Shown piece after piece: positions 31,300 to 45,161 of a stretch of DNA of 64,000 bases. The stretch is from the human T2T-CHM13v2.0 reference genome, Homo sapiens. The DNA lies in the NCBI RefSeq assembly GCF_009914755.1, contig NC_060926.1; one strand, given 5' to 3'. The stretch's first letter is position 1. The number at the start of each line of letters is the position of its first letter. A program made the position numbers and the translations under genes. The notes below the pieces were generated by a model, which saw only the letters and a program-made list of their open reading frames with translations, had not been told where the DNA came from and searched no databases.

Positions 31300-31431
31300 T
31301 AGGCATTTGGACTTTTTTTTTTTTTCCCCCACCTATCTGATCACAAGCTTCTATGCATAGGCATTTGGACTTTTTTTTTTTTTTCCCCACCCATCTGATC
31401 ACAAGCTTCTATGCATAGGCATTTGGACTTT
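31300..31431. repeat. 58-bp tandem repeat, about 2.3 copies, inside an L2 fragment
   Basis: TAGGCATTTGGACTTT at 31300, 31358 and 31416. Confidence 0.95.
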
Positions 31432-31779
31432 ATCCCTAGAGTAATACGATGCTATTGAAGAGATTTAAGCTGTACAGGCGATGCGATTTTTATCTTAGAA
31501 TGACCAGCGTTCTAAGACCACCTTCCATGCTCTGATACAGCGTGGAAGGTGACCTGGAACGGGGATCAGTTAGGAGGCCACTGTGGCAAATCAACTGACA
31601 GTGGGCCCTCAGACGTGAACAGTGGGTGGCAACAGGAAAGGAGAAGCTTTCAGAGTCAGCAGCCATTTAGGAGCTCTTTTATAACACACACACAAGGGTG
31701 AATAGCTACCCTTGGGGCAAAAGAGAGAGGAAGGAGTCAAGGTTGACTCTTGGGTTCAGTTTTGACCATGGGTTAGTCG

Positions 31780-32088
31780 TTTTTTTTTTTTTCTTTTTCA
31801 AGACAGGCTCTCATGCTCTGTTGCCCAGACTGGAGTGCAGTGGCACGATCATGGCTCACTGCAGCCTCAACTTTCCCCAGCTCAGGCAATTCTCCCACCT
31901 CAGCCTCCCAAGTAGCTGGAACCACAGGCACGCACCACCACACCCCGCTAATTAAAAAATTTTTTTTTGTAAAGATGGGGCTCTCACTATGTTGCCCCGG
32001 CTGGTCTTGAATTCCTGGGCTCAAGCAATTCTCCTGTCTCAGCCTCCCAAAGTGCTGAAATCACAGGCATGAGCCACCGTGCCTGGCC
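31780..32088 (-). mobile_element. AluJ-like
   Basis: Antisense Alu with J diagnostics. Confidence 0.9.
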
Positions 32089-32929
32089 AGTGGTCATTTA
32101 TTTAGGTGGAGAATCAGTAGGAGAAACAGAGTCTTCCTCTGACCCACTACGTTTTATTTATGGAGCTTTAATTTACATACAGTGAAAGGAGCAAATCTTA
32201 AGTGAATCTACCATTTGATGACCTTTTAACACAAATCAATATATAGAACATTTACATCCTCCAAAAAGTTCCCTTGTACCTTTTTCCAGTCAGTAGATAC
32301 CCCCTCTTTCGGGTAACCATATTTCTCAGTATATCACTATAGATTAGTTTTGCCTACTCTTGAACTTCATATACATGGAATAATTCAGTACGTACTGTTT
32401 TGTGTCTGGCTTCTTTTGCTCAACATAATCTCTGTAAGATTTACCCACTCCATGTTTTTCATGCATCAGTATCAATTAATAAATGTTTTGTATGTATCAA
32501 TCCTTTTTTCTCAGTCACTAACTTTCCATTGTTTAAATATACCAATTTGTTTATCCATTCTCCTACTGATGGAAGTAGATTGTTGTTGTTTAATTCTATG
32601 TTTGTTTTCAGGAGGTCAAAAGGAAGACAACTTAGAAATGAATGACAAGGCGATGACATAACAGTTATAAACCCTTATGACCTACTACATACCTTTAAAA
32701 TATATCAATTTAAAGTGTGATTGATATATTTTATCACACTTCAAAGATGTCATTTACTTCAGCAAAAAAAACTTTAAAAAATTGAGTAATTACTAGTCAT
32801 AAACTTAAGAATGTGCAATATGAATATGAAGAAAATGATAAAAATTTTTCTGAAGGGCATTGAACAATAGACTAGGTGGGGACATATGTCTTATTGGATG
32901 GGAAGACTCAATATTATGAATATGTCAGT

Positions 32930-33335
32930 GTCAGTGTTGGTGGGTTCTCTGTGAAGCAGACATTGAGAGGGAAGGCTACAGGGAGTTTATTTGGGAGTTA
33001 CACATGTGAGAGATAAAGGCAAGATTGGATAGAAGAGCCTCACACTGCAATGAGCATCTGACAGTCTCAGCCAACCCAGTGGCGAGTTCCAGAGCAAATA
33101 ACCCATTAGAAGAATCCTGCATTGGGAAGAAGCGGCCAGTCTCTATGCCCTCTTTGCTCTCAGTCATTGGTGAGAGGCCTAGCTGGAAAGAGCATGGTCT
33201 TGGCCTGAAAGCTAAGGTGAACCTGAAAGGTGCTAACAGCTGTAGGCTCATGGATAACTGCACTGCTTGCAGCTGAATGGCAAATCCTTTGTTGAAGGGA
33301 GACTTGAGTGGCCACACCTCCATAGCTGCCACAGT
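32930..33335. mobile_element. Old ERVL-class solo LTR inserted in an L1M fossil (about 32700-34100)
   Basis: GGGTTCTCTGTGAAGCAGACATTGAG terminus; L1 ORF2-like sequence resumes after 33335. Confidence 0.6.
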
Positions 33336-34889
33336 CAGTTCCCCAAATCAATCTGTAAGTTTCATGCAATTTCTGTAAAGATTCCAATAACATCTGTGGT
33401 TTTTTTGTGCAATTGGAGTGCAATTTGACAAATTAGTTCTAAAATATGTTTGGAAGAATAGGAAAAAATAATCAAGAGAATTTTGAAAATGATGTCTAAA
33501 GCTCTATCAAATATCAAAACCTATTAACATAATGTAGTGCTAGTGCAAGGGATACCCAAATGAACCAGTGGAACAGAGTTGAGAAACCAACCCACATGTA
33601 TATGGAATTTAGAATATAAGTAGCTTTTCACAGTAATGCAAACATTTGATTATTGAATAAATGGTATTAAGAGAACTGGGTAGACCTCTGGAAGAAAAAG
33701 TAGAATATATATTTTACACAACACTCAAAAGTAAATTCCAGACATATTAAAATACAATAATAAACCCCAAACTATAAAATAACCAAAAAATGTATCAGGT
33801 AATTTTTATAATTTTGGAATGAAGAAGGCCTTTGCAAGAATGAACTAAAACTCAGAAGCCATATTGGAAAAGAATGGCTATGTATCCATCAAGAGGAGAT
33901 TAGTTAAATAATTATAGTAATTTATGTGATTGAAAAAACTGTAGCTGTTTAAAATGAGATAGATCCATATATACTGTTAGAAAGTTGTTTTGATATATTG
34001 TAACATAACAAAAATGAATTGCAGAACAGTATATATTTTTAGTCCATTAAATTTGATATAGTGAGTATAAAAATGTTAATGTGTAGAAAATGAGCTGGAT
34101 GGATACATTTCAGACTAATAACCTGGAAACCTTTGCAGAGTGAGACTGAGGGAAGACAGTATGCTAGGCACAACAAGGAGCCAACTTCAAGGACTGGGTA
34201 TCTATTAGGCGAGACCAGATGAATGCCACAGGTGCATCTGGAGACAGAGGTTTTAAACTTCCCTGCTTGTAGAGTGCAGTCTCCTCAAAGCTATCATCAT
34301 TACACCCACTAATTCTGCTAGCCAGTATAAAAACAAATCATGAAAAATGAAGTAATAAATATGGAAAAGGGGAGATGAAATAAAAACAGTTTGAAAATAT
34401 GGTAGTTGGTATAATCAATTGGGCAGAAGGTAGACATGGATATTTTTGGCTGATTTGCTTAATCTCTATTTCTCCTTGCTTCTGAGGGCCTCCTTGTACT
34501 GCAGAGGCTGGAAAGCTGAAAACTACAGTTCTCAGATTCCTTTACAGCTAGAATTTGAATGCAAATTAAGTAATACCAAGCATATGCCTTGTGTGAGACT
34601 TAGAAGGTGGGCACAGGGCAGAGTCATCTCCCTGTCTCTTTGGGTGGTTTTTCTGCTGTCAAGCCATATCAAGGGACATGAACGGTGCTCCAGTGCCCAC
34701 TCCCTGGCTTTTTAGGTGTTGAAAAGTGGGTGTGTTGGCCAGCAGGGACTTCCTGGTCCCTGTACTATAGCATATTTTTGAGTTTAATAATTTTATATTC
34801 TGAGATTAATTCTAGCCTTTCCAAAGATTTTGTAAGTATTTGATATCTTCTAGTAAACCTCTTCCTTTTTAAAACACATAGTTTCTGTT

Positions 34890-35450
34890 TCCTAGTTTCA
34901 GTTATCTTATTGTTGTCTAACAAACCATCCAGAATTTAGTAGATTACAACAACAACAATAATTTATTTTGCCCACAAACCTGCAATTTGGGCAGGGCTTG
35001 GCAGGGAAGGTTCATCTTTGTATCACATTGAATCAGTTGGAGGGGTTCTACTGAAGGCTGGAGGGTCTACTTCCAAGAGGGCCCATGCATACAGGTGGGC
35101 CAGCTGGTGCTGGCTGTCAGCTGAGTTCCTGGGTTCCTGTCCATGTGGACTTTTCCAGGCGACCTGGGCTTCCTCACAACATAGTTGCTGGGTTACAAGG
35201 GAGAGCTTTTTGAGAGAGAGAGAAAGACAAAAACAGAGAGGGAGAGAGATCACCTTTATTGCTTAGCTTCAGAAGTCCCATAGCATCCCTTCTGCCATAC
35301 TCTAGTAGTCAAGGCAGTTATATAGACTCATCTAGGTTCAAGGGAGAGGACTTAGACTCCACCTGTTGATGGAGGAGTGACAAAATTCTGGAAGAGCAAG
35401 TGGGATGGAAATATTGCAGCCATTTTTAGGAAGTATAATCTGCCACATGC
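34890..35450 (-). mobile_element. MLT1-type LTR
   Basis: Antisense MLT1 motifs such as CTGCAATTTGGGCAGGGCTTGGC and GGTTCAAGGGAGAGG. Confidence 0.75.
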
Positions 35451-38400
35451 CTGCTCTGAATCATGACTGATACAGTTAACAACAAGGATTTAAAGCCCTC
35501 AACAATTTAAGCATAAAAGGTTGAACTAAAACTAAATACAATAGAAAGTATTAAATCTGTAAATATCAAAATAATATTTTAAAGGAATATACAAGTATTT
35601 AATTTAATACAAGCATTAAATCTGTAAATATCTAAACAACATTTTAAAGGAATATACAAGAAATATAAGTGAAGGAAGATTTGTTTAAGGTTAAATTTTT
35701 CTTAAATAAAAAGGCTAAAACATAGAAGCAAATAGTTTTAAAAAGAATAAAGTTTAATACATAGGATGGAAAGGTAAGGGAAAATAATAGAAAGAAGGTA
35801 GAACTGGAAGCCTGAAAATTAGGAAAAGAAGCAATGAAATAGGGGTAAGGATAGTATAAGAAGAATGGTTAAAACAGCCCTCATTGAGTCAGCAAAGTAT
35901 GTTCAAATAGCATTGAGACAAAAGCCTATTAAATCAAATAGATCTTTGTTAAAATAAGGAAAAATGACCAGAAGCCAGTTAGAAGTCATTTCTGGCCCTA
36001 GACACGAGGAGTCCCTCTTGAAAGGCCCTGTGGGACCAGACTTACCTTACAGGGCTGCTGCTGGTAACCTTGCTACATCCTGGCTTTGGAGGTCCCATCT
36101 CTGATCTGTCTCTCTCGCTCTCGCTTTCTCTCTCACTCTCGCTCTCTCTCGCTGTCTCTCTTTCTCTCTCTTTCCTTAACCATTTATTCTCCATGCTAGT
36201 TTCAGACTTCTGTCTAAGAAAATTTCCTTAGACTTTGCTGCCTATATCCATGGTCCTTCCTAGTCCTGTGGCCATCACAACTGCGTTATCATCGTGGTCT
36301 TGGCAAGGAGAGAACAGAGCCCCATTGGATTGCTTCTTGTGGAGGCCATTTTGACACCGTGCAGGTTCGGGTAGAAGGTGGTCTGAGAATTGGTGTGGGA
36401 AGGTTGTCACAAGGACCCAGGAGTCTGCTGTATCTTCAAAAATGCGTCCTGTCAGTATTTGGGTTCCTTAATTTCCCTTGTCTAATCTGCCATTGTTCTT
36501 ATGGTTATTTTGTTTTCATGGCAGTGATTAAGGGGAGAATCAGCTGTCACACCAAGCACATGCCATGTTTCCCGAGGGGACAATCTGGGTTGATTCGCTT
36601 TCCCAGACAGTGCTTTTGCACTGACTCCTTTGACCCTTTTGTCCCTCTCTTTTCACTGGGTTGCTATCATTTCTGCCACCAGAGCCTTGTTGTTGAGGCC
36701 AAAACCCCCACCACCATGGAAGACCCAGATGTCCTACAGGCCTCTTTGGAAAACACTGTAAGCAGAATTCACCCAGCTGTTGGGCGCCAGCAGCAAGTTC
36801 TCCAAAGCAGCTCCGCGCTGAGCAGGAGCTGGGCTGGAGGTGGAGGGCTGAGAGGTGAGCGTGGCAGGCTTCAATTACGTTGCTAGGTTCTGAGTTGCTA
36901 GGTTCCGAGTTTCCTGAAAGCCTGTGCCGGCTCACCCTGGAAACAAGTCGCTTTCCTGGCAGCTCCATATATAGGCTGCTGGGTGCCTGCTGCCAGCACC
37001 TTTGCCTCGGAGCTCCTGGGCTCTGTGGTGGTTCTACTGCCTTTAAGAGCCTTATGTCCCTTGGTTATCAGAGGCTGAGCCTTTCTCCAGAGCATCAGGA
37101 ATGCCAGGACTCTTCATTGGGGTGTTAGCTTTGTGGGAGGGGCTGGAGGATATGGGAAGTAGGATTGGGAAAAAGAGGAATTGAAGCCTGTGATTGAAAT
37201 TATTTTGTCTCTCTCCTTGTTTTAGAAAATTAAAGGATGGGAGTGGTGGGGTCCACACTGATTGTTCAATGGGGGATGGGGTCCTTGGCCCACCCCTGCT
37301 TTCCCATAGTCCCTCCCATAACCAAGGGCACCTATTTTGAGATGGCTGGCCCCCCAGCCTGGGGACTATGCTGGAAGCAGTCTCCATCTTTGATGTGGAA
37401 CCAAGAAGCATTAATGGATCCATAGAGAGACTGAGCCTCAACCCACTGGCCTCAGTAGTCCACGTTTTGACCAACTGAATGAATTGGCCCTCGATGACAA
37501 TGAAATGGATTTTTGAAAAAATCAGTGGGGATAGAGAAATGGAAGGACCCTCTGGTCAAATGCCTAGAGAATACTCCCAGCTAACACTGATGGGTGCTAA
37601 CCCTGTGCTAGCAGTTTCTATTTGTCAGCTCCTTTCCTGCTGCTCACCGCAGCTCTATGACGTAGGTGATTTTATTGTCCACATTTTATGGAAGAGGAAT
37701 CTGAGGAACAGAGAGTTTAAGTTTTGATCCAGGATTAAGAAGCTAGAAGGTGGAGATCTGGGACATAAACTCAGAAGTTGGGTTCCGGTACTGTGCCCCT
37801 AACCACTTTACTCTCTTGCTTCTACTTTCTCACGTCGGCCGCATTGCCTTCCTATCAGTCTCCTGATCCAGCCCCTGACTTGGCTATCCAGGCAGGAAGC
37901 CGCCTATCCCACAGCAGACCTGGTCCTCCAGAGACAGCTCCCCAGGTGGTGAGTCTAGGGCTGAGGCTGCCCTCCAGATTTCCCTCAAGAGCCCCTACCT
38001 GACCCAGCATCTGTGCCCAACCTTCCTATCACTTTGGCCACATTAGCCTCATCCTTAGGGGCTCTTGGGCCTTCTGGGAAGTCTAAGAGCAAGGCCCAGA
38101 TTTAGACACTGCCCTTCCTCATGCCCCTTGTCCCTACTACTTCTCACCGACCCTTCCTAAGCCTTCAAGTCTCTTTTGTCTAAGTCCCTTGTTCACAGTC
38201 TTCTCCAATGAGGCTTTTCCTGGCTTTTTCTCCAGGCCTTGCTCAAGGTGACTCAAATTCTCAAATAGACTTGTCCTTCCCCTTGTCACTGTGCTCTCAG
38301 TATCTTTTTTTGGTTATTGTTATTAAGCCTTGGTCAAATTCTGTGTTTTTGTATAAATTAGCTATTTGTATAGACACCTATCTCCCCTACTCGACACCAA

Positions 38401-39059
38401 GCTCCTTGTGGGCAGGCATCAGCTCTTATTCATCTTTGTATCTTTTCCGCACCCAGGGCTTGACATACATTAGATGCAATGCACATTTATCCAGGAGACT
38501 TGCCAGCGGGGTACAGATTATTCCTGGCCCCACAGTTATTCACTATCCGTTAAACACCCTTTACCTTTTTACAATTATTTTTTGCTTGAACCAAATGAAA
38601 ACAATCTTTCTTTTTTTCTTTTAAACTGATTATCTTTGTGTACTTTTATATATGATACATTTCATAACAAATTTTAATTAAACATTACAATTCTGCAAAA
38701 TGAATACTTGAACATTTCCTTTGATTATTTACAAATATGCTTTTCAAAACTTTTTAACAAATCAGAAATCACATTTGTAAGCCAAAATAACATTAACACT
38801 TATTAATTTGCTAGTATTTGCCTAATGATTGTAGAATTCCCAGGTCAGTATCTAAACTTTTCAAAAATAATGAAGCTTATTCTATCACTTTACTCCTACT
38901 AAGATGTTATTATATAATAATTATTTAAAACCTCATCCCTCAAAATTTTATGTATGTTTTATAACATATACAATATATTGGAAAACTAGTGCTGATATAT
39001 AATTTGTACATAAACACAAATACTAAATTGGGGAGATATGCTAAAAAATTTATTTTTTC

Positions 39060-40710
39060 ATCTTTATTATTGTATAACTGACAAATAAAAATTGTATATA
39101 TTTAAGGTATACAACTTGATGTTCTGATATACATATACACTGTGAAAAAATCACCATGATCAAGCTAATTAATATATCCAGCACCTCACATAGTTAACGT
39201 TTTCTTTTTTTTTTTCTTAGGGTTAGAACACGTAAGATCTTATGATCTTAGCAAATTTCAAGAATCTAATACAATATTACTAACTATAGTCACCATGCTG
39301 TGCATTAGGTCTCCAGAACTTATTCATTCTGTGTAACTGAAACTTTGGATCCTTTGACCAACATCTTCTTATTTCCCCTCACCCTGGTGACCACCCTGGC
39401 AGCTACTCTCTGCTTCTATGCGTTTTACCGTTTTAGATTCCACATGTAAGTGAGATTATGCAGTATTTGTCTTTCTGTACCTGGCTTATTTCACCTGGCA
39501 TAATGTCCTCCAGGTTCATCCACATTGCAAATGGCAGGATTTCCTTCTTGTTAAAGACTGAATAAGCTATATCTATGTAAATAAATATCACCTTTATCTA
39601 TCTATCTATCTATCATCTATCTATCTATCTATCTCAATGTTTAAATCCATTCATTCATCAACAGACATTTGTTTCTGCATTTTGGTTATTGCAAATAATG
39701 CTACAGTGAGCATGAGAGTGCAGATACCTCTTTGAGATTCTGATTTCATTTCCTTTAGATATATACCCAGAAATGGGATTGCTGGATCATATGGTAGTTC
39801 TATTTTTAATTTTTTGAGGAACCTCCATATCGCTTTCCTTAACGACTGTACCTATTTACATTCCCAACTATGGTGTGCAAGGGTTCCCTTTTTTCTGCAA
39901 CTTCACCAACACTTGTTACCTTTTGTCTTTTCAATAAGAGCCATCCTAACAGGTATGAGGTGATACCTCATTGTGGTTTTGATTTGTATTTCCCTAATGT
40001 GTAATGATGTTGAGCACCTTTTCATGTACTATACTTGTTGGGCATTCTTCTGAGAAATGTCTTTTCAGGTTCTTTGTCCATTTTTAAATTGGGTTATTTG
40101 TGTGTGTACGTGTGTGTATGGGGGGGGGTTAAACCCTCAGCAGACATATGATGTGCAGATATTTTCTCCCATTCTATAGGTTGCCTTTTTACTGTGTTGA
40201 GTGTTTCCTTTGCTGTGCAGAAACGTTTTAGTTTGATGCAATCCCACTTGTTTATTTTGCTTTTGTTGTCTGTGCTTCAGATGTCATATCCAAAAAATCG
40301 TTGCCCAGACCAACATCAAGAGGCTTTTTCCCTGTTTTCTTCTAGTAGTTTTATGGTTTCAGGTCTTACATTTAAGTCTTCAATCTACTTTGAGTTAATT
40401 TTTGTATATGGCATGAGCTAGGGGTCCAAATTCATTCTTCCGTGTGTGGATATCCAGTTTTCTCAGAATCATTTACTGAAGAGACTATGCTTTCCCCATT
40501 GTGTTTTTGGCACCCTTGTCAAAGATCAGTTGACCACACATGCATGTATTTATTTCTGGACTCCCTATTCTGTTCCATTGGTCTATATGTCTGTGTTTAT
40601 GCCAGTACTATCCTGTTATGATTACTGTCGCTTTGTAAGACATTTTGAAATCAGGAAGTGTCATGCCACCAGCTTTTTTCTTCTTGCTTAAAATTGCTCT
40701 GGCTATTTGG
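39060..40710 (-). mobile_element. L1MA/MB 3' portion with a (TCTA)n repeat at about 39596-39633
   Basis: Antisense L1 ORF2 end and 3'UTR (ATACCCAGAAATGGGATTGCTGGATCATATGGTAGTTCTATTTT). Confidence 0.9.
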
Positions 40711-40882
40711 GGTGAAAGTCACTTTCTTTACATTTGTGTATTTATTTAATAACTTGTGCTTCCAGTTATTCCTAATCATTCCCAAAATTGCAAGCTCATG
40801 GGAGTTCCAGGATCTGGGTCCATTCACCTTGCATTGATCATCACTTAGCCTCATACCAGGGCAGCTATATGTAGGTAAACAC

Positions 40883-41409
40883 TTTTTTTTTATATACTTT
40901 AAGTTTTAGGGTACATGTGCACAATGTGCAGGTTAGTTACATATGCATACATGTGCCATGCTGGTGTGCTGCACCCATTAACTCATCATTTAGCATTAGG
41001 TATATCTCCTAAAGCTATCCCTCCCCCCTCCCCCCACCCCACAACAGTCTCCAGAGTATGATGTTCCCCCTCCTGTGTCCATGTGTTCTCATTGTTCAAT
41101 TCCCACCTATGAGTGAGAATATGCAGTGTTTGGTTTTTTGTTCTTGCAATAGTTTACTGAGAATGATGATTTCCAATTTCATCCATGTCCCTACAAAGGA
41201 CATGAACTCATCATTTTTTATGGCTGCATAGTATTCCATGGTGTATATGTGCCACATTTTCTTAATCCAGTCTATCATTGTTGGACATTTGGGTTGGTTC
41301 CAAGTCTTTGCTATTGTGAATAGAGCCGCAATAAACATACGTGTGCATGTGTCTTTATAGCAGCGTGATTTATAATCCTTTGGGTATATACCCAGTAATG
41401 GGATGGCTG
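40883..41409 (-). mobile_element. 5'-truncated primate L1PA 3' end with TSD AACACTTTT
   Basis: ORF 41096..41338 is the ORF2 C-terminus (MFIAALFTIAKTWNQPKCP...); TSD at 40878-40886 and 41410-41418. Confidence 0.95.
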
Positions 41410-42481
41410 AACACTTTTGAGGACATTTAAAGGGATATTTTTACCAAGTGGATCAGAGTGGGGAGTTGAAGAAGCTGATGAGCTCTCTATGATATTGCCA
41501 TTTCATAAGTTAGGATGTGCATACCACAACTCCCCCAAACTTACTGAGATCACCTTTGGGACTTAGAGGGCTAGTGGGAGAAATATATAATTTCAACATT
41601 CAAAATATAATAGAGTTATACAGATGTTTACTTCTTTGTGAATCTAGTATTTTCTAAACATTTTTCAAAATCTCATTTAAAAAATAGGTACATAAAAATC
41701 GCTAAGGGCTTACTGACTTTCCTGCCCCATTTCTCACCTTCATTTATAAATTACTTTTATTTAGTTAATTTAATAATTTAATAAACAACCCCGAAACAAA
41801 GGTAGACTCTTTTTGGCAGTAACCCACATCTGACTATATGGTCCCCATCCCATTCTTTGCCTTCCCTCACCCAGGGTGACTTTCCATACTATATTCAAAT
41901 CGGGTTTAGAGTCCAGGGCTTGTCCTGTTATATCACCTTTTCATCTACACCCACTGTCACCAATAGGACGAATCTGCTTTGGTAGGCTTAATTTTAAAAC
42001 AAAAATCTTTAAATGGCCTCCCTTGGCAGATAGTAAAACTCAGATTAAATGCTGCTTCTTATAGCATGATTTTCTGTGTTTAAGAGGAGCTCAAATATGG
42101 CTGAGATACTATTCACCTTGAAGGCGTCACCCCACCAGTTTGGATATAACTTTCTTGGTCGCATTCCAGAAGTTCTTTATTCTAGGACAGGACCAGGGCA
42201 GCTGACTAAGAGGTCTGCATCCCACACTGTCTGCCCGCCCCCTCGCCAGTACTGATTAGTGTTTTTCCCTCAGCTTCTGCCATGGGAGGTAATGGCTCCT
42301 CAGTGACATTTTTCTTTTAGTCTCATAATTTAGAGGCTGCTGGGTGCAGTGACACACGCTGCCATTATTCACTCCTCCCAGTGTTGAGTTGTATCTGTGT
42401 TTCTGAGCAGTTACAGACAGCGAATAGGAGTCGTAAGACACACAGCTAGACGGAAGAGGGGATATAAAGAATGACCCATGG

Positions 42482-42806
<325 letters not shown>

Positions 42807-43736
42807 TCATCTTCACCCTTGTTGTGGAGAGGGTCTCTTAGACTAAAAATGTATTCTGGGAGGTGATTTGAATTAGCAAGGTAAAGGCCTGTTTGTCTTT
42901 TAAGATATTTTACTCTGAAGAATCTACAAGACCCACAGTTATCCAGACTTAGAGTGCTATAAGGAGGCTCCCTCTGCCACGGAGAGAATTGTCTCCAAGA
43001 CATTGTCCACAAGGGTCTCTGTCAGAATGGACCCCAGAATCTGGAGCCTGGGAGCAGGATGAACAGGGCTAGGAAGGAATAGATAGAGACAGAGGAGTAG
43101 AAAAGAGAAGAGGGAGGGAACTAGGGGAAGAAAGAACGTGGGACTTGAACTTTCCCACCTGAGGTTGTCTGGATTGCCTGAAGGGCTTTACTGAGCAAAA
43201 AGTAAGGACAGGCTTTACATCATTCTCTGGGCTCTGGGTGTCATTGTGGCTGGCCGCAGGAAAGACTGTTTTCTTTCTGGTCAAGATGTTATAGAACATA
43301 AGAACAGGGTAATGTAAGGGAGCTCACAATCACCAGCAAAGGTGTGGATTGGCCTACTGCAGGCCAGAGCTCTCCTGAGATGTGTGCCAAAAGAAATGAC
43401 TTACGATGGGCTCTGTGGTAGGGAGCTGTCTGGGTGATGCTTTGCTCACAATTGCCTGAGAACTGCCCCCAAATCACAGCAGCCAGGTCTGTGCTCTTTA
43501 AATCTTCCCCAAGGCAGGTAATTGGTACAGGGGAGGAGAACTGGTCCAGGTTGGGCCAGCCATATTCTCTCTTCTGGGAGGAACTGGAATATGGAATCAA
43601 GAGACTCATGGGCTGGGAGTCCCTACAGCAGAGTCCCATCAGTGGTAATGTTCTAGAGGGAAGCTGCACAATCCTCCCCTGCTGGGGTCTTCACAGCTGC
43701 CTGGGGCCTAGCATGTTTGAGGCTTGTATTCAGTGA

Positions 43737-44093
<357 letters not shown>

Positions 44094-44629
44094 CTAGAAC
44101 CAAGAAAATCTTAACTGACACGCTCACCAAATTTCCATTTTCCTTTATTAATTTGTGATTTTGCTAATCATCTTTAAATTTCTATACATCCTTCTTGTAT
44201 TGATTTTCCTGCTTGAATTGCCTTTCATAGAGATGAATTCTGCAGTCTTAGTGGGTGCAACAGGATTGCTTTTTATTTGCTTTGAATTGCTTTGTTCATT
44301 TTTCTAGCCATACCCTGCTGCCCAGCCCTTGATGTGCCACATTTGGTATTTGGGATTTAGGGACCAAATTTATATTTCTATCCTCTTGCTATCCTCCATC
44401 CTCCTGCACTCTCCCAGGTACTCTAGAGGCTGGAGCAGAAGATGGCTTCAGCCTAGGAGGTCAAGGCTGCAATGAGCTATGATTGCACCATTACACTCCA
44501 GCCTGGGTGACAGAATGAGACCCTGTCTCAAAAAAATAAAAAAAAAAGGAATGTCCAGTTTCCACGTCTAGAGAGGTAAATTATAAACAAGAACATTAAA
44601 ATGGTATATTATTCACTTCAATGACATAG

Positions 44630-45140
44630 AAGTCATTGAATGGCTCCCAATTATCTGACCTCCTGATGCTCGTGCCCCTCTCACAGTGATTGGACTAATC
44701 TGTGTGATGACAGGACGTTGTAGAAATGGTGGTGTGTGACTTTTGAGCCTAGGTTATGAAAGGTATTCCAGCTTCTGCCTGGGTCACTCATTCTAGGGGA
44801 ATGCAGCTGCCATGTCATGAGCACACTCAAGCAGCCCTCTGGAGAGGCTCATCTGGAGAAGAACTGGAGCTTCTCACTGTCATCCAGCACCAGCCATAAG
44901 AGTAAGCCAACTTAGACCCGGATCCTCCAGCCCCAGCCAGGCTTTCTGGATGTTTCAGCCAACATCTTGACTTTACCCTCCTGAGACTTTCATGAGAGGC
45001 AGAAATATCCACTGAAGCTGCTCCCGAATTTGTGGCTCACAGATACTGAGCTCAGATACTGTGTGAGATAATAAATGTTTATTGTTTTAAGCTGCTACGT
45101 TTTGGGTCTAATTTGTTATACAGCAATAAATAAGTGGAAC
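44630..45140 (+). mobile_element. MLT1-type LTR
   Basis: CAGCTGCCATGTCATGAGCACACTCAAGCAGCCC and AATAAATGTTTATTGTTTTAAGC motifs. Confidence 0.8.
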
Positions 45141-45161
45141 AGATATGTATATAGATCCAAG

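Noticed and set aside
31300-31431. Repeat-spacer pattern resembling a CRISPR array
   Set aside because: Mammalian DNA, near-identical spacers, no cas genes.
41096-41338. 80-aa ORF with a real protein signature
   Set aside because: C-terminus of L1 ORF2 in a 5'-truncated copy, not a host gene.
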